Assembly: GCF_006345805.1 (NCBI RefSeq)
Contig: NC_042999.1
Span: forward strand, 76,074,001 to 76,138,000
From: Octopus sinensis
Taxonomy: Eukaryota
Length of the DNA stretch: 64,000 bases
Direction of reading: 5' to 3'
Made by a program: the position numbers and the translations under genes
The notes under the pieces: model-generated
Told to the model about the DNA's origin: nothing
What the model saw: only the letters and a program-made list of their open reading frames with translations
The model's database searches: none
Shown: piece by piece, positions 36,901 to 51,036 of the stretch
How the letters are laid out: every line of letters begins with the position of its first letter
Numbering within the stretch: position 1 is the stretch's first letter

Positions 36901-38459
36901 GACAGACAGAGACAGAGAAAGAAACAGAGAGAGAGAGAGAGAGAGAGAGATATGTGTGGGTATGTCAAAGCATGCGTGTGCTTCATTGAGTGTATACACA
37001 TGGTGTGTACAGTAAAAGATATATAGAAATTGGTATATCTATTAGCATGAATTTTTCTATGTATGCGTATGTACTTCCCTACGTGTACCTAAGTGTATGT
37101 TTGTATCTATTTTTATTTGTATGTATGTGTTCGGCAGTGGTTTATGCGTACTTTAGTATGTCTTTTTGTTTATATATATATGTGTCTGTCTATATATTTG
37201 TGTGTGGTGAGGTTGTGTGTGTGTGGTGGGGTTGTGTGTGCACTTCATGGTTTATGTTTAATTGACTTTAGGAATTAGTATTGGGTCAATGCTCAAAGAT
37301 GTGTTTGCAGCTGGTTGCTTCCAAAACGATTGAAAATCTGTTCTGAGGTGAAGGGTAGATGGCAGTAAAAGGAATATCGTTTAGGTTGCAGATTGGCTGC
37401 TGCTGCTAGTAGAGATGCTTGCTTTTAGAACAACGACAAAGACGGTGATGGCGATGATCATTTTAGCGGTATGATTTAAAGATTTGAAACTTTAAATCAT
37501 ACCGGACGAAGCAGACGTTTTCGTATGGCTTTAATGCATGGCGATAGGGAAGATAGTAACAGTATTACTTCAGCTGTAACTTAGGTTACTTTTATGCTTG
37601 CAATACTCGCAGTGGTGTGGCTGGCGGCGATGACAGTAGTATGAAATATGTAATGTTATATAACTGATGCCGGTGTGGAAGTATAGGTATTTCATAAAAG
37701 TAGTAGTAGTAGTGGTGGTGGTGGTGGTGGTGGTGGTGGTGGTAGTGGTGGTGGTGGTGGTGGTGATGGCAGTAGTAGTAGTAGTAGTGGTGGTGGTGGT
37801 GGTAGTAGTAGTAGTAGCAGTAGTGTAGCGGCGGCGACTGTGTTTGTAGCGCTGCTGATAATGGTATGAGTTCTGGTAGCATCGAGTTTGGTGACGATGG
37901 TGGCAGTGGTGGTGAAGAGTTATTGAGGATTTGCTGTTGATACTAGAGTTTGGACTCCTCACATTATCTCTGGCTTAAACGTATCACTTCTAAGCAAACC
38001 ACAGGCAACTCTTCTTTTGAATAATTCACAAGAGAGGTGTCTACTACCCCATAGAAAGCCTATCGAAGGTGCCGTACATATTTAAAGGATCTACAATGAC
38101 CCCCTATTCAGACGTAATCGTTACATTTATCCCAATAGCAACAGTGACATTTCCCATTCTTCCTCGTGTAGAGTTTCTTCGACGATGCTGCACCTCTTTT
38201 AATTTGAAATTTTAGCAATAAGTTATAGAAAAGATGTGAATTTCATTACCATAACCGGAGAAGCCTTCGCCAAATCTGGTTTAGAAGCTTTAGCCAAATC
38301 TGAACTCGTTGTTATTGCATGCAAACGATCTTACATATTCGTCGTGAAAGTGTAACTTTTGTTCGTGCAATTCTGTATCATATTTTCAATACAAATATTA
38401 ACCTACAGAGAACATGAGCTGTACACTACTGAGTATACATACATACATATATATATAAA

Positions 38460-38495
<36 letters not shown>

Positions 38496-38898
38496 TGTAT
38501 GTATGTATGTATGTATGTATGTATGTATGTATGTATGTATGTATGTAGCTATGTGGTGGGTATGTGTGTGTTTGTGTCTATGTTTGGAAATTTCCGATCT
38601 AGTAATTTTGTAACTCCACATTTTTTTAAAGAACTGAGTATTGTGTAATTTAGTTTACTTCTATTCTCTCACAGTTAACCTGTTGTTTCAACACAGTGAA
38701 TGTCCATGAAACGACATCAGAGAAAATGTAGCATATGGGAGAATAAATTCTTGGCAATGGTATTGAGAAATATTCTATTATGCAATACGAATATGTAAAA
38801 ATAATTGAAAACGGCAATTTTAAAGTGCAAATAACTACTTGAAGAAGAGAGATATTATAACTACCATCACTATTATCATCATCATAACCCTCATCATT

Positions 38899-39227
38899 GT
38901 GCAATCGACTTACTCCCGTCTCCCGAAATTGCTGGCCTTGTGTCAAAATTTAAAGAATTATTATAATTATAATATTATTAAAGCCACTATTATTATTACA
39001 ACACAAGGCAGCGAGCTGGCAGAATCGTTTGCACGCCAGCCGAAATGCTTAGCGGTATTTCGTCGGCCGCTACGCTCTGAGTTCAAATTCCGCCGAAGTC
39101 GATTTGCTTTTCGTCCTTTCGGTGTCGATAAAATAAGTGCCAGTTGAACACTCGTGGCAAAAATTTATGGCAAAACTTTGTAATAATTATAATTAATAAA
39201 AGCAACAGCAGTAGTAGCAGTAGTAGC

Positions 39228-39278
<51 letters not shown>

Positions 39279-39482
39279 CAGGCGGCAAGCTGACAGAATC
39301 GTTGGCACGGCGGGCAAAATGCTTAGCAGCGTTTTGTCCGTCTTTATATTCTGAGTTCAAATTCCGCCGAGGTTGACTTTGCATTCCATCCCTCGGGGGC
39401 TGATAAAATAATTACCAGTCGAGCACTGGAATCGATGTAACCGACTTACCCTTTCCCCAATATTGTTGGGCTTGCGCCAAAA
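38899..39482 (+). mobile_element. Chain of family A SINE pieces (3' fragment 38899-38960; copies 39005-39150 and 39280-39482) between ATT/GTA microsatellites
   Basis: Heads AGGCAGCGAGCTGGCAGAATCGTT and AGGCGGCAAGCTGACAGAATCGTT; B box GAGTTCAAATTCC; core GACTTTGC..TCATCC..GGGG..GATAAAAT. Confidence 0.8.
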
Positions 39483-39493
39483 TTATTATTATC

Positions 39494-39525
<32 letters not shown>

Positions 39526-40332
39526 TATTATTATTATCAGTAGTAGTAGTAGTAGTAGTAGTAGTACATGTGTCATATGCTTCGTTGCGATAACTTGAAA
39601 TAACACATTTGCTGACGTTGATGTAACAAAGTATTAGACAAGAGGTTAATAGTCCAACTTCGACAATTAGTTTCATTACTAATGCCGACATTGTCACCTT
39701 CATCGTCGTTGTCGTAGATATCATCATCGTCATTATCATGATCATCACCACCAACAGCAGCAGCAGCTTCATCAAAATTTTCTTCGTCATCAATCTTCAT
39801 CATAATGATCAAGATTATTATCATCATCACTCTCATCATTATCATCGTCGTCGACGTCGTCGTCATCACCATCATCATTATCGTCATCTTCATCATCATC
39901 ATTATCATCGACAACAATATCAGCATCAACGTAATCATAACCCAATTTGTCTTATTCCTCGTCGGCTTTAGATTTATCTATTATCTAATATGGATAATAT
40001 TATCTCCTTGTTCATACTTGTTCATTTGGTACTATTCCAATGAATTGCCACCATAATCATCACTACCATATAATTATCCTTATCCTCATCATCATCGTCA
40101 TCATCATCATTTGCATCATCTTCATCACATACTACTGCTTGACATGTTAGAAGTTTTCCTGAAAGTACGACATGCAACCTTAAAAGAAAATGGCAGATAT
40201 GTTAACGTGGCCATATCTGCAATATGTCCAGGAAAAAGGTTAGATGGAACATATTTGACTATACAACAGCTCACCTGATTATTAACGTTTGGCTTCCCTT
40301 CGTAAACAACGTTGGTTAATGGAGGATAATGT

Positions 40333-40636
40333 TTGTTCCTTCTCGAGCCATCCCTGGCTCATAAGAGCCGGTTTCCCGGTTTCCTTGGCGTGTAGATTCC
40401 CCATCTGGACGGGACGCCGGTCCGTCGCAGGTGAGCTGCAAGATGCAGGAGGAAAAAGTGAGAGAAAGTCGTGGCGAAAGTGTCAGCAGAAGTTTTTTCC
40501 ATTATCTTCTGCCGGAGCCGCGTGGAGCTTAGGTGTTTCGCTCAGAAAAACACACACATTGTCCGGTCTGAGATTTGAACCCGTGTTCCCTCGACCGCGA
40601 GTCCGCTGCTCTAACCACTTGGCCATGTTCCTCCAC
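40333..40636 (-). mobile_element. Complete tRNA-derived SINE with a 15-bp target-site duplication
   Basis: AATGGAGGATAATGT at 40318-40332 and 40637-40651. Minus-strand A box TGGCCAAGTGG and B box GGTTCAAATC. The central CCTGCGACGGACCGGCGTCCCGTCCAG recalls V-/Meta-SINE cores (from memory). Confidence 0.85.
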
Positions 40637-41132
40637 AATGGAGGATAATGTATATCGGTTATTATCGAGTTGCGATGTAGGCATAGCATTTCGCTTCTAC
40701 AGGTTTCCTTCAACTAAATACCACTCAGAACGCATTGGTCAGCCTGAGACGACGGTAGAAGAGACTTGACCAGATAGAAAGGAAGTTGTGTTGTGTGTGT
40801 GCGTGCGTGTGTGTGTGTGTGCATGTGTGTGCATGTGCGTGCGTGCTCACAAACGCACACACACTCTGACACATGGAAAAAACCTATGTGACGCGATAGA
40901 TAGATAGATAGATAGATGAATAGATGTCCCTATCTTCGAAACGCAGAGTAAATAAAACGTGGATGCATATTTGTGTTGTAACTTCTACTTCATAAAACCT
41001 GTCTGTTTCTGCCACTTATTATCTCTTTCTAGGCTCACACATACACAAATACCTATACAGACACAGATACAAATGCATCTATACACACGTACATTTTATG
41101 AGTGTGTATGTGTGGTTGCATATATGCATGTA

Positions 41133-41181
<49 letters not shown>

Positions 41182-42320
41182 TTATGTATGTCTATATATA
41201 TATAATATATATATATATATACGTACGTATGTATGTATGTATGTATGTATGCATGCATGTATATATCTATATGAACAAAAAAGGAGAAAGTAGCATCTAT
41301 CTTAAGGGGTTAAATTCAGGAAACGATGTGAATTATAGTGTTTCTTAAATTTCATTGAAGCTATTCTTTATTTCTCTCTGCCCGACATCACGACTTCTAC
41401 CCATCATAAAAACTATAAAATATTCATTTAACCTTCCTTCAGACGTGCAATTTCCCATAATATATTCGTTTACTGCCAATAAATCCACTCCGTTCTACCT
41501 GAAGTCAAAACCTCATTCATTAACTATCTTGTTTTTGCCATTTTTAATTTATATAAATTTTATGGTAAAAATAACGTCCTTCTTATAAGCTCCATTATTT
41601 CGTTAATTATAAATTCTTCTAATCTATTTATGCTTCTTTTTCAAGAAATCCTTAGGAAGAATGACAATATCTTAGTAAAATAGAAAGAGAAAAGAGGATG
41701 ATGAGAGAGAGAGAGAGATAGAGAGAGAGTGTGTGTGAGAGAATGAGAAAGATCAAGGAGAGCCAGAGAAGGGGAACAGAATGCACAGGAAAAGAGGGAT
41801 ATAAAGGAAATAGCGCATAAGAATAAACTAATTATCATGAATGAGATTGTTCGCAATTTGCATAATTTCATTAATACGTTCACTTAGATATTTACTATTA
41901 TTATTTTTACGCGTTTGATTTTGTACGTATTTTTGGAGGGAAGAGAACACACAGATATATAAATGGTTGTGCATATAGCAGTGAAAACACACATACATAC
42001 ATACAAAAATATACGCACGCGTGCACGCACTCATATTTGTACGCACATGGGGGTGATACACATAAAAGCATAAGTATGCACATATTTATATGTGGATATA
42101 TGTATAAACAACATGAACACATACATGTGCGCGCATATAAATATATATGTGAGGGAGTGTATCTATCTATCTATCTATCCCTCTCTCTCTCTCTCTCTCT
42201 CTCTCGTTTCTCTCTCTCTATATGTGTGTGTGTCTGTGTATATATATATATACATACATATATACATGCATACATATATATATATAATTACATACATATA
42301 TATACACACATATACATATA

Positions 42321-42352
<32 letters not shown>

Positions 42353-42425
42353 CATACATACATATACATACACACATATACATATATACATACATATACA
42401 TATATACATACATACACATATATAC

Positions 42426-42496
<71 letters not shown>

Positions 42497-44280
42497 TATT
42501 GATTTCCGAGATAAGATATCGAATATAACTCCTCATTATCAGTTGGCTAATTATCAATTTAAATTTTCTAATTACTTAGCTCTCATATACTTTGAATCAT
42601 AATCAGTTTAATTTGTCAATAAACACTAACCCCATTTTATACATTTTCGGCTTCAGATAACTATAACCCATGGTCTTTTAAACTATTCTTTTAGAACCAA
42701 TTTATATTGTGTGGTTTTCTCTTGAATCCATTAGTTACTGTTTTATACATAACTAAGTGAATATCTAAAATGTTATCTAACTGTATAACGAAATTTTCTA
42801 ACTGAATAACGAAACTTACTTTCCTTCAATCAATTAACTAGCTTATCAAACGAATTTCATCAATGTGTTATTCAAATTGATTCCAACTGACACCAACCAA
42901 TGGCATCGTAACACACCACATGGGCATGACGGATAATATTTTCAAGTGAAGGTATATGCTGCATAAACAAGCCTTCAGGAGCTGGGATAGTGAAAATTCT
43001 ACATGCTCGTCTCACTTTATCTGAAGGTTTCGGGACCATCGAATAGAGTATCATTGATAAGGCCCAAAACGTCTTTCTGTCTGGTACAATGCATCGAGGG
43101 CTAAGTTATCTGAGGCTATAAGGCGTGAGTAACGCTATAAGGCCTGAGTGATCAGACGTATGATCTAAAGCATTGCAGTTGTGACTATTTTGTATTTTTC
43201 CTACGCTCTGTGCATACAGAATCATTTAAACAATATATGTTTTCTTTTAATTGACGTTATGATTTCTTAAAAGGGAATTTTTATACAGTCTTTCCACAGC
43301 TCTAGAATCAGTGAAACTACTTTCTGATTGGAGGTATTTCTGTTGTTTGTGGTGAAGAAAGTGGTGCTGGTTCTAATGCTATTAGTATTGCTGCGGTTTT
43401 ATTGACATTTAATTATAGTAATGACATCACGATGTTATCAGTATGCCGTTACTATTTCATGTATTAATTGCTTGTGCGTGCTCACGCTTCTGTCTGCGTT
43501 TACATTGTGGGTGAATGCAAATGTTTCATCCCATTCTGAAAGTGCGTACACACACAAAAAATGCGTGTGTCTGTGTGTGCATATGTGTATGTATATGCGC
43601 ATAAATATGTGTGCGCATGTGTGTGTATTTGTGCATAAGTATTTGCGTGCGCACGTGTGTGTATTTGTAAAAACTATAGCCGCTAATGATGCTATTAAGC
43701 GAATTATAGCTGTTTCTTTTTAACTAATTTATTTTACAGGTTTTATAGGCTTTAAAATACAGACACAGTTTTATAATCACATAAAATTATTTTTTATTAT
43801 TTTGGAATGACATTCAATCAGTCTTAAAATGATGCTCTGCTATTTCATATTATATTACTGTATAAATATATTCTATTTAGTATAAATTATATGATTATAC
43901 AATAGTATTATATATGCAGTGAAATAATGTTCACATAATATTATTTATGTTATACCTAAACAGTTCATTCTGATATACTAATATTTATTCATATATGCCA
44001 CTGAGTACTTACATAAGCATAACACTAATAAGAATGCCTCAAATAAGCACAAGGACAAAAGTTCTCGTGAGTGTGGAACAATTGATTAAAATCACCTCAG
44101 TACTTCACTGATACCCTACTTTATTAACTGTCGAAGAATGAACGAGGAATTGATCTTCGCATAATTTCTGCATAGAACATAAGCATAAAACAGGACCACT
44201 AACTGCAATTCACTTGGGGTGACATTCCAATGAATCTACCAATCTAATGACTATGGTATGTATGTTTTGTTTTAATACTG

Positions 44281-44466
44281 AATTCAAATTTTGGCACAAA
44301 GCCAGCAATTTCGTGGATGGGTGTACTCGGTGGAAACTGTACTCAACGAGAAAGGACAGACGAAATGCCACTAAGAATTTTACCCGCCGTGCCAACAATT
44401 CTGCCCGTTCACAGCTTTACTAACAATAATAATCCCGGCTACTATTACTATTACTACTACTACAAC

Positions 44467-44519
<53 letters not shown>

Positions 44520-44560
44520 TAATAATAATAATAATAAAAATAATAATAATAAATAATAAA

Positions 44561-44630
<70 letters not shown>

Positions 44631-44849
44631 GTAAAACTCCTTTCTACTATAGGCACATGACCTGAAATTTGGTGGGAGGGGGCCAGTCGATTAGATCGAC
44701 CCCAGTACGCAAGTGGTACTTAATTTATCGACCCCCGGAAGGATGAAAGGCAAAGTCGACCTCGGCGGAATTTGAGCTCAGAACGTAGGGACATACGAAA
44801 CACTGCTAAGCATTACACCCTGCGTGCTAACGATTCTGCCAGCTCGTCG

Positions 44850-44898
<49 letters not shown>

Positions 44899-45104
44899 CC
44901 TTTCTACTATAGGCACAAGGCCTGAAATTTGTGGGGTGGGGACTAGTCGATATTATCGACTCCAATGTTTCACTCAATGTACTGACCCGAAAGGATGAAA
45001 AGTAAAGTCAACCTCGGCGGAATTTGAACTCAGACCATAGTGACGGGCGAAATACCACGAAGCATTTCCTCCAAGGGGCTAACGATTCTGCCATCTCGCC
45101 GTCT
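44281..45104 (-). mobile_element. Chain of three family A SINEs (44281-44420, 44639-44852, 44899-45104) separated by (AAT)n
   Basis: The latter two are near-complete and mutually homologous; each is bounded by AAT repeats. Confidence 0.85.
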
Positions 45105-45124
45105 GCAAAAAAAACCCCTTCGTA

Positions 45125-45395
45125 TATGTATGACCATCGGATTGCACCCAGAAAGTGCTATGGTACGAGACCGGGCAATGTTGTTTATGGAAGAGCAGCA
45201 GTCGCCTATGCATACCAGCCACCAGTGTTATCCAAGGGGAAGGCAAAGGCCAATACAGCTTGGCAACAGTGACGTTGCAACTCATTTCTATACGTGAATG
45301 AACTGCAGCAACGTGAAATAGAGTGTCTTGCTCAAGAACACAACACACATCTCTGGCCCGGAAACGACCTCACTATCTTATGATCGTGAGCCTGC
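45125..45395 (-). mobile_element. Family B-related SINE
   Basis: Shares GAGTGTCTTGCTCAAGAACACAAC..ATCTTA.GATC.TGAGCC with 22913-23240; the 3' part differs. Confidence 0.7.
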
Positions 45396-45413
45396 TTATC
45401 TACTACTACTAGT

Positions 45414-45417
<4 letters not shown>

Positions 45418-45478
<61 letters not shown>

Positions 45479-45625
45479 TAATGACGATGATGGTGATGAT
45501 GAGAAGAAGAAGAAGAAGAAGAAGAAGAAGAAAAGAAGAAGAAGAAGAAGAAGAAGAAGAAGAAGAAGAAGAAGAAGAAGAAGAAGAAGAAGAAGAAGAA
45601 GAAGAAGAAGAAGAAGAAGAAGAAT
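45418..45625. repeat. (AAT)n-(GAT)n-(GAA)n microsatellite
   Basis: Seen directly; explains the poly-I/R/E ORF. Confidence 0.95.
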
Positions 45626-48450
45626 GGTCACTCAGCCTACTAGAAATCACAACTAAATCCTTGCTAAATTAAAACAAACTATTGGAAAGAAGCGTTATAT
45701 TCACAGTTGGAATAATTTCTTAAAACATTGGCATCCTCAATCGGTGTTGACCTGGGTCTGTTCATAGTTTTAACTATAAATGTTATTACGGTCAAATTTT
45801 ATTTCACCGATTTCGAGCCCATAACGTTAGTCCATCACCTAACGTAGAAACAGTGATGTGTTTGCTTACCCTGAAAAACAATGCAAATTTAAACAATTGT
45901 GAAAATATATAATTTATTAAAGATCAAAAGGTTGTGAAAATCGTTAGTGCTTTTAAAATAAAAATAACTTGCAGTATTTGTAGTTATTTACGTTCTATGG
46001 TATTCAAATCGGACCTGAATGCGCCGGCGGAAGTAACAACATTTTCAATATAGGAAATAGCTGTCACGACTATAAAGTATGTATGTATGTATGTATGTAT
46101 GTATGTATGTATGTATGTATGTATGTATGTATGTACGTATGTATGTAGGCATGTGTGAATGTATTTATGTGTATGTATGTACGCATGCAAGCATGAATGT
46201 ATTTAAGTGTATGTAGGCATGCATGAATGTATGCATGTATGTCTGAATGTATTTAAGTATGCATGCAGGCATACAGGTATGTATGTACTATGTACGTATG
46301 CATGTATGTTTGTGTGTATTAATCAGTTTTAAATCTACATAAGTGATTCAAAGGGCTGAGAGTTCATGCTCTTATCTGACTTCCTTCTCTGATTATCTCT
46401 TTCTCTTTCTCTCCCCCACTCTAATTTTCTACTTATCTGTCTATCTATTGATCTCTCTATCTATCTATACAACTGTATATGTGTGTGCGTGTGAGCGCGC
46501 GCGTGTGTCTATGCGTAATGTAAATAGTAAGGCTTAACTTTTTAAATGCATAATCTTTGGTGTGGTGTTGTGAATTTGTCGTCGTGTATTTGTTTTTTAT
46601 CCTGATTTGCACAATCTACTCTGTTTGCTTAAAATATGGATATTGCGTTACGGCTACAAAAAGATTCGCATCACCATTTGAGATACATTCTTGGAAACGG
46701 TTAGAAACATTATACATTTGATGGAGGTTGGTTTGTTTGATGGATGACTGGATGACTTACGGGAATAGTTGAAACAGTCTAGGAATTGCATTCCTAAAAA
46801 AGCCTACATAATATGTGTACACCCTCAAGTGAGAAAGTATCATATGGATTACGGTAGACATTGTATTATATAAATTTATTTTATGTCAGGATCTCCAAAA
46901 CATTCAACAGCGTAAATGCAGAAATTCAATGGATTTTTCTATATCTTACCTCATTGTTTTCTATGATTTCAGCTAGTATTTTTACGCATGAATACTTGGG
47001 CGAGAGATCTAACACAAATGAGTGAACAGTGAGGCGAGTGAAAAATTAAGCTGAGATTCATATCATGTCAACAAAACATACCATTATCAACGATACAGAT
47101 ATTTTCTGTCATTGAAGTCAACAAAAATATTAAATATATATTTTTAATTACTGGTTGATAGCAGTATATTATGAAAACATGATTTTTGGATTAATAACAC
47201 GTTCATTATAATATTTATATTACTACTTTCATCATTTTTCTTTTGATAAATTTAATGTAACTGTGGTTTTATAGCATTTAGATAACAAGCGAATTGCTCG
47301 TAAACTATATTAATTAAGTCTATAAATTATTGCTCAGTTAAGTCATAAATAAACTCATGTGAGATTTCATATAACTTATAGTGTAATTAAAATCGCTTTT
47401 TAATTATTCAAGTCAATGCAAATAACTTTCTATATTAGATGACATTTTATTACCTCCAAATACAAATTCTATAAATTGCATTGCCCTCAACCAAGTGTTA
47501 TATAATGGTTTAGAGACGTGAATGCAAATTTAATTGTAAAAAGAAGACGTGTAATACTCAAAATCCACGTTCAAATTTTATCTAAAGAAAAGCACATAAC
47601 TTACAACATTATTTCTCTCTTTGTGAGAGTAAACCTCTCTCATAATAAATTCTCTAAACACACTCTGTTCATTTAGGCTATCGCTAAATAGCTCTCATTG
47701 AAGTTTCCATTACCGATATCGTTGAATAGCTCCCATATTAATATTGAAAATTTACATAATGAGGGTGGGGAAGGATTTTAAACACACACAAATTCTATTG
47801 TGTGGAATGTATACATGTGTATATGTTTTGGCTTTAATGTATACCTACACATATGCGTGAATGAATATTCAGATTGACAATCCATCGGCAGAAAGTCACA
47901 AAGGAGCTATATATTTAGAAGTGTATAAGATCAAGTATATAAGTGTTTATGTGACGTGTGCATGTGTGTGTGTGTGTGTGTTTCAGTAAGGCAAATACAT
48001 ATAATTGCTTTACACACTTCTCTGCCTTTTCTCAGAACCTCGATAAAAAGTTATATCAGCAAAGATTTCGACCGAACTAATTTGCTTGCCTTTGACTCTT
48101 TTCATCTCCTGGGTAAGACGCTTTCTGCTAGTTCGTTCCATCACAACGTGCAGTGACAGATAAACTGCAATATAGATTCTGTCAGTTTTGGTGTTCATTA
48201 AAATTCAAAATAATTCCACAGATTTTTCTATACATTCTCAATGGGATTCTCTTCCTGCAATTCATTTACCCCACGAGCGGTAATCGTAAAAAAATAATAA
48301 TAAAATAAAAGTGTACCGATTTTACCGACCTGAAAAAGAGCTACAAATGACACGGAACACTATCTCACTCTTCTGAATCTTTAATGTTCCCTGCACACAC
48401 ATCGAATATCGGACATGAAGTCAATCAAACAGAAATATTGGTGTCAAATC

Positions 48451-48654
48451 TTTTGGCACAAGGCCAGTAAGTTTGGGGGTGGAAATAAGTTAATTACACA
48501 GAACCCAGTCCTCAACTGGCACTTATTTCATCGATTCTGATTGATGAAAGGCAACCTCGACCTCTGAGGAATTTAAGCACAGAAAATATAGACGAACAAA
48601 ATGCGATTAAGTATTTTGCCCGGCATGCTGGTGGTTCTGTTAGCTCGCCGCCTT
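48451..48654 (-). mobile_element. Family A SINE
   Basis: GGCACAAGGCC...CTGGCACTTATTTCATCGA..GATGAAAGGCAACCTCGACCTC..TTAGCTCGCCGCCTT. Confidence 0.8.
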
Positions 48655-48754
48655 CAAGCATAAAAAACCCAATAAATTAGAACAGATACACGACGAAAAA
48701 TACCATCACTAAGTGAGACAAGCTGACACTGAATTAGCTCCGCTGATTGACAGA

Positions 48755-49273
48755 TGACGGTATCGTTTAGAGAATGCGTGGACTGAGACTACGCGCCTTC
48801 GCTGGTCAGTTAAAGTTGAGACAGTGTCGCGTGACAATTTGCTGGGGCTGCCTGCTGGAGCCTACAAGCAGGTTTTAAAGGAAAAATATTGACAAGACAG
48901 TCAGTCGCCCGCTGACACTCGTTGACGCTACATCGAAGAGGTCAGGGACAGAAGAAAGAAGACAGGCACCCAAGACCAAAGCTGAAGACACCTCCGAAAG
49001 AGGGAGAGGGGCGCCACGTCAAAACGGTAGAGGAGTAGGGGCTGAAACCGGACGTGGTTCCTCCTGATGATGCCTTGGGCTAACTGGATCCTATAAAGGA
49101 GCTGTTGTCGTAGCAGACCACGAAACACGGTTGAAATTCCTCCTGAGGCCAAGCCGACAGCGTATATACAAATGTGTAAACGACAAAGCCTTTTGTCGTT
49201 GATTTCCTTTCTAGCTATTCTCTTTTACTTAGTCTTGTAACCTTAATAGGATAGATATGAACGCCATCGTACA
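48755..49273 (+). mobile_element. GC-rich solo-LTR-like segment (tentative)
   Basis: About 520-bp GC/CpG-rich island bounded by TG..CA, with a TATA-like CTATAAAG (~49097) and a U5-like T-rich end. No target-site duplication found. Confidence 0.3.
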
Positions 49274-49516
49274 TACTGCAACCAAAATAAAACTCAACAG
49301 AGATTATCAGCGTTTATGCATACCATTGATCAAACTAAATGCCAACCACTATCATTGTACTTGTGCCTAGGATACCTAAATATCTAGATGTATAGAAAGA
49401 TAAACAAAACAGAATAACTTGATGCGTGTATATATGTGTGTGTGTCTGTGTCATAAATTGATGCGTGTATACATATATATGTGTGTGGGTGTGTCAGGGT
49501 CTCTGTGAATATACAA

Positions 49517-49580
<64 letters not shown>

Positions 49581-49783
49581 GTAGGTAGGTAAGCATATAA
49601 ATAAATAGATTGATAGATAAATAATTAGGTAAACAAATAGATAGATAGATAGATAGATTGATAGGTATGTATGTATGTATGTACGTAGGTAGGTAGGTAG
49701 TTAGGTAAGTAGGTAGGTATGCAAGCAAGCAGATAGATAGATAAATAATTAGGCAGACAGACAGACTGACAGACAGACAGACT

Positions 49784-49875
<92 letters not shown>
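49517..49875. repeat. (AGAT)n/(AGGT)n/(AGAC)n compound tetranucleotide array
   Basis: Seen directly. Confidence 0.95.
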
Positions 49876-49876
<1 letters not shown>

Positions 49877-51001
49877 ATCAACCTGCAATTGATCAAACTT
49901 TTGATCATGCATATAAATTTAAAAGACTCCATCTTAGAAAATAAACACTACAGAAAACAAAAACCAAAAAAGACGCATCATTTAAGCAAATATTAAATCA
50001 CACGTGATCAATGCAATTTCCGTTTCATTGAATGTTTTAGCCATTTACGGGAGAAAACACTTCACATACATGCCTTGTAGAGGAAATTAATTCAACACTT
50101 TATTGTTGATTAATGTAACACATATAAACATTATTGTATTTGACGTATTGTATTTTATCCAGTGTTTAAGCATACCCAGCATATATATGTACTTACAAAT
50201 ACATTCACACATTTACATATATGTACACACCTATACGTGTATCACTTAAATGTGGAATCTTCGTAAAAGCAATTAAAGATTGCTTTTATGTATGCTTTTG
50301 CATATAACTAGTGCATTTATTTTTAAAGGAAAATGCTGGCTGAGATTTCGAAGGATTTGTCGAAGAATGGATTCGTCAATCACCGGCGAAACTTCAAAGT
50401 CCCTGTGAAACTTTTCCTTATAAAAATATACCATATATTTACAATATATACAAGGAAACTGTATTTATATCACGTGTGTCTATATATAACTGTACGTTTG
50501 TAACATAAATACATGTTATCTGCATGCGTGTAGATATATATATATATGACGTATGACTGACTGAACTATATTATAAGAAATAGCAATCCTTCATCTAATG
50601 GATCATGTATTTATATAACTAATCCAATTGCTTAATTGATGTGCAGAGCAGACAATTCATATGCTGGCAGATACACATACATATATACATACGCAAATAT
50701 ATATGTGAATGTGTATGTATGCATGTATGTATGAAGAGGGAGACAGAGGAGAGGATAAGAAAGACGTTGACTTAAGAGCAATAGATTGAAATAATTATAC
50801 ATAATAGATAGAACGGCAACTGAGAGGGGCAATTATAACGATAAACTTAGAGAAAATTTATATAATCGAAACGCCAGAATAATTTCTTTCCCCCGCTTAC
50901 ATCGATATCCACTTCTATGCAGCTGCACATATACAAACATCGTACGCACGGGCAAATTTATATAAAGGCAATTGTACAAGTACACATGCACACACATACC
51001 G

Positions 51002-51036
<35 letters not shown>

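Noticed and set aside
38650-38946. Hydrophobic, GPCR-like ORF fragment
   Set aside because: It starts inside a SINE and microsatellite and has no receptor signature motifs.
40289-40769. Cluster of overlapping 64-119-aa ORFs
   Set aside because: They coincide with the GC-rich SINE.
43290-43345. Possible 34-nt micro-exon (AG..GTATTT)
   Set aside because: Too short to support without transcripts; such signals occur by chance.
45328-45672. Poly-Ile/Arg/Glu ORF
   Set aside because: Trinucleotide microsatellite translation.
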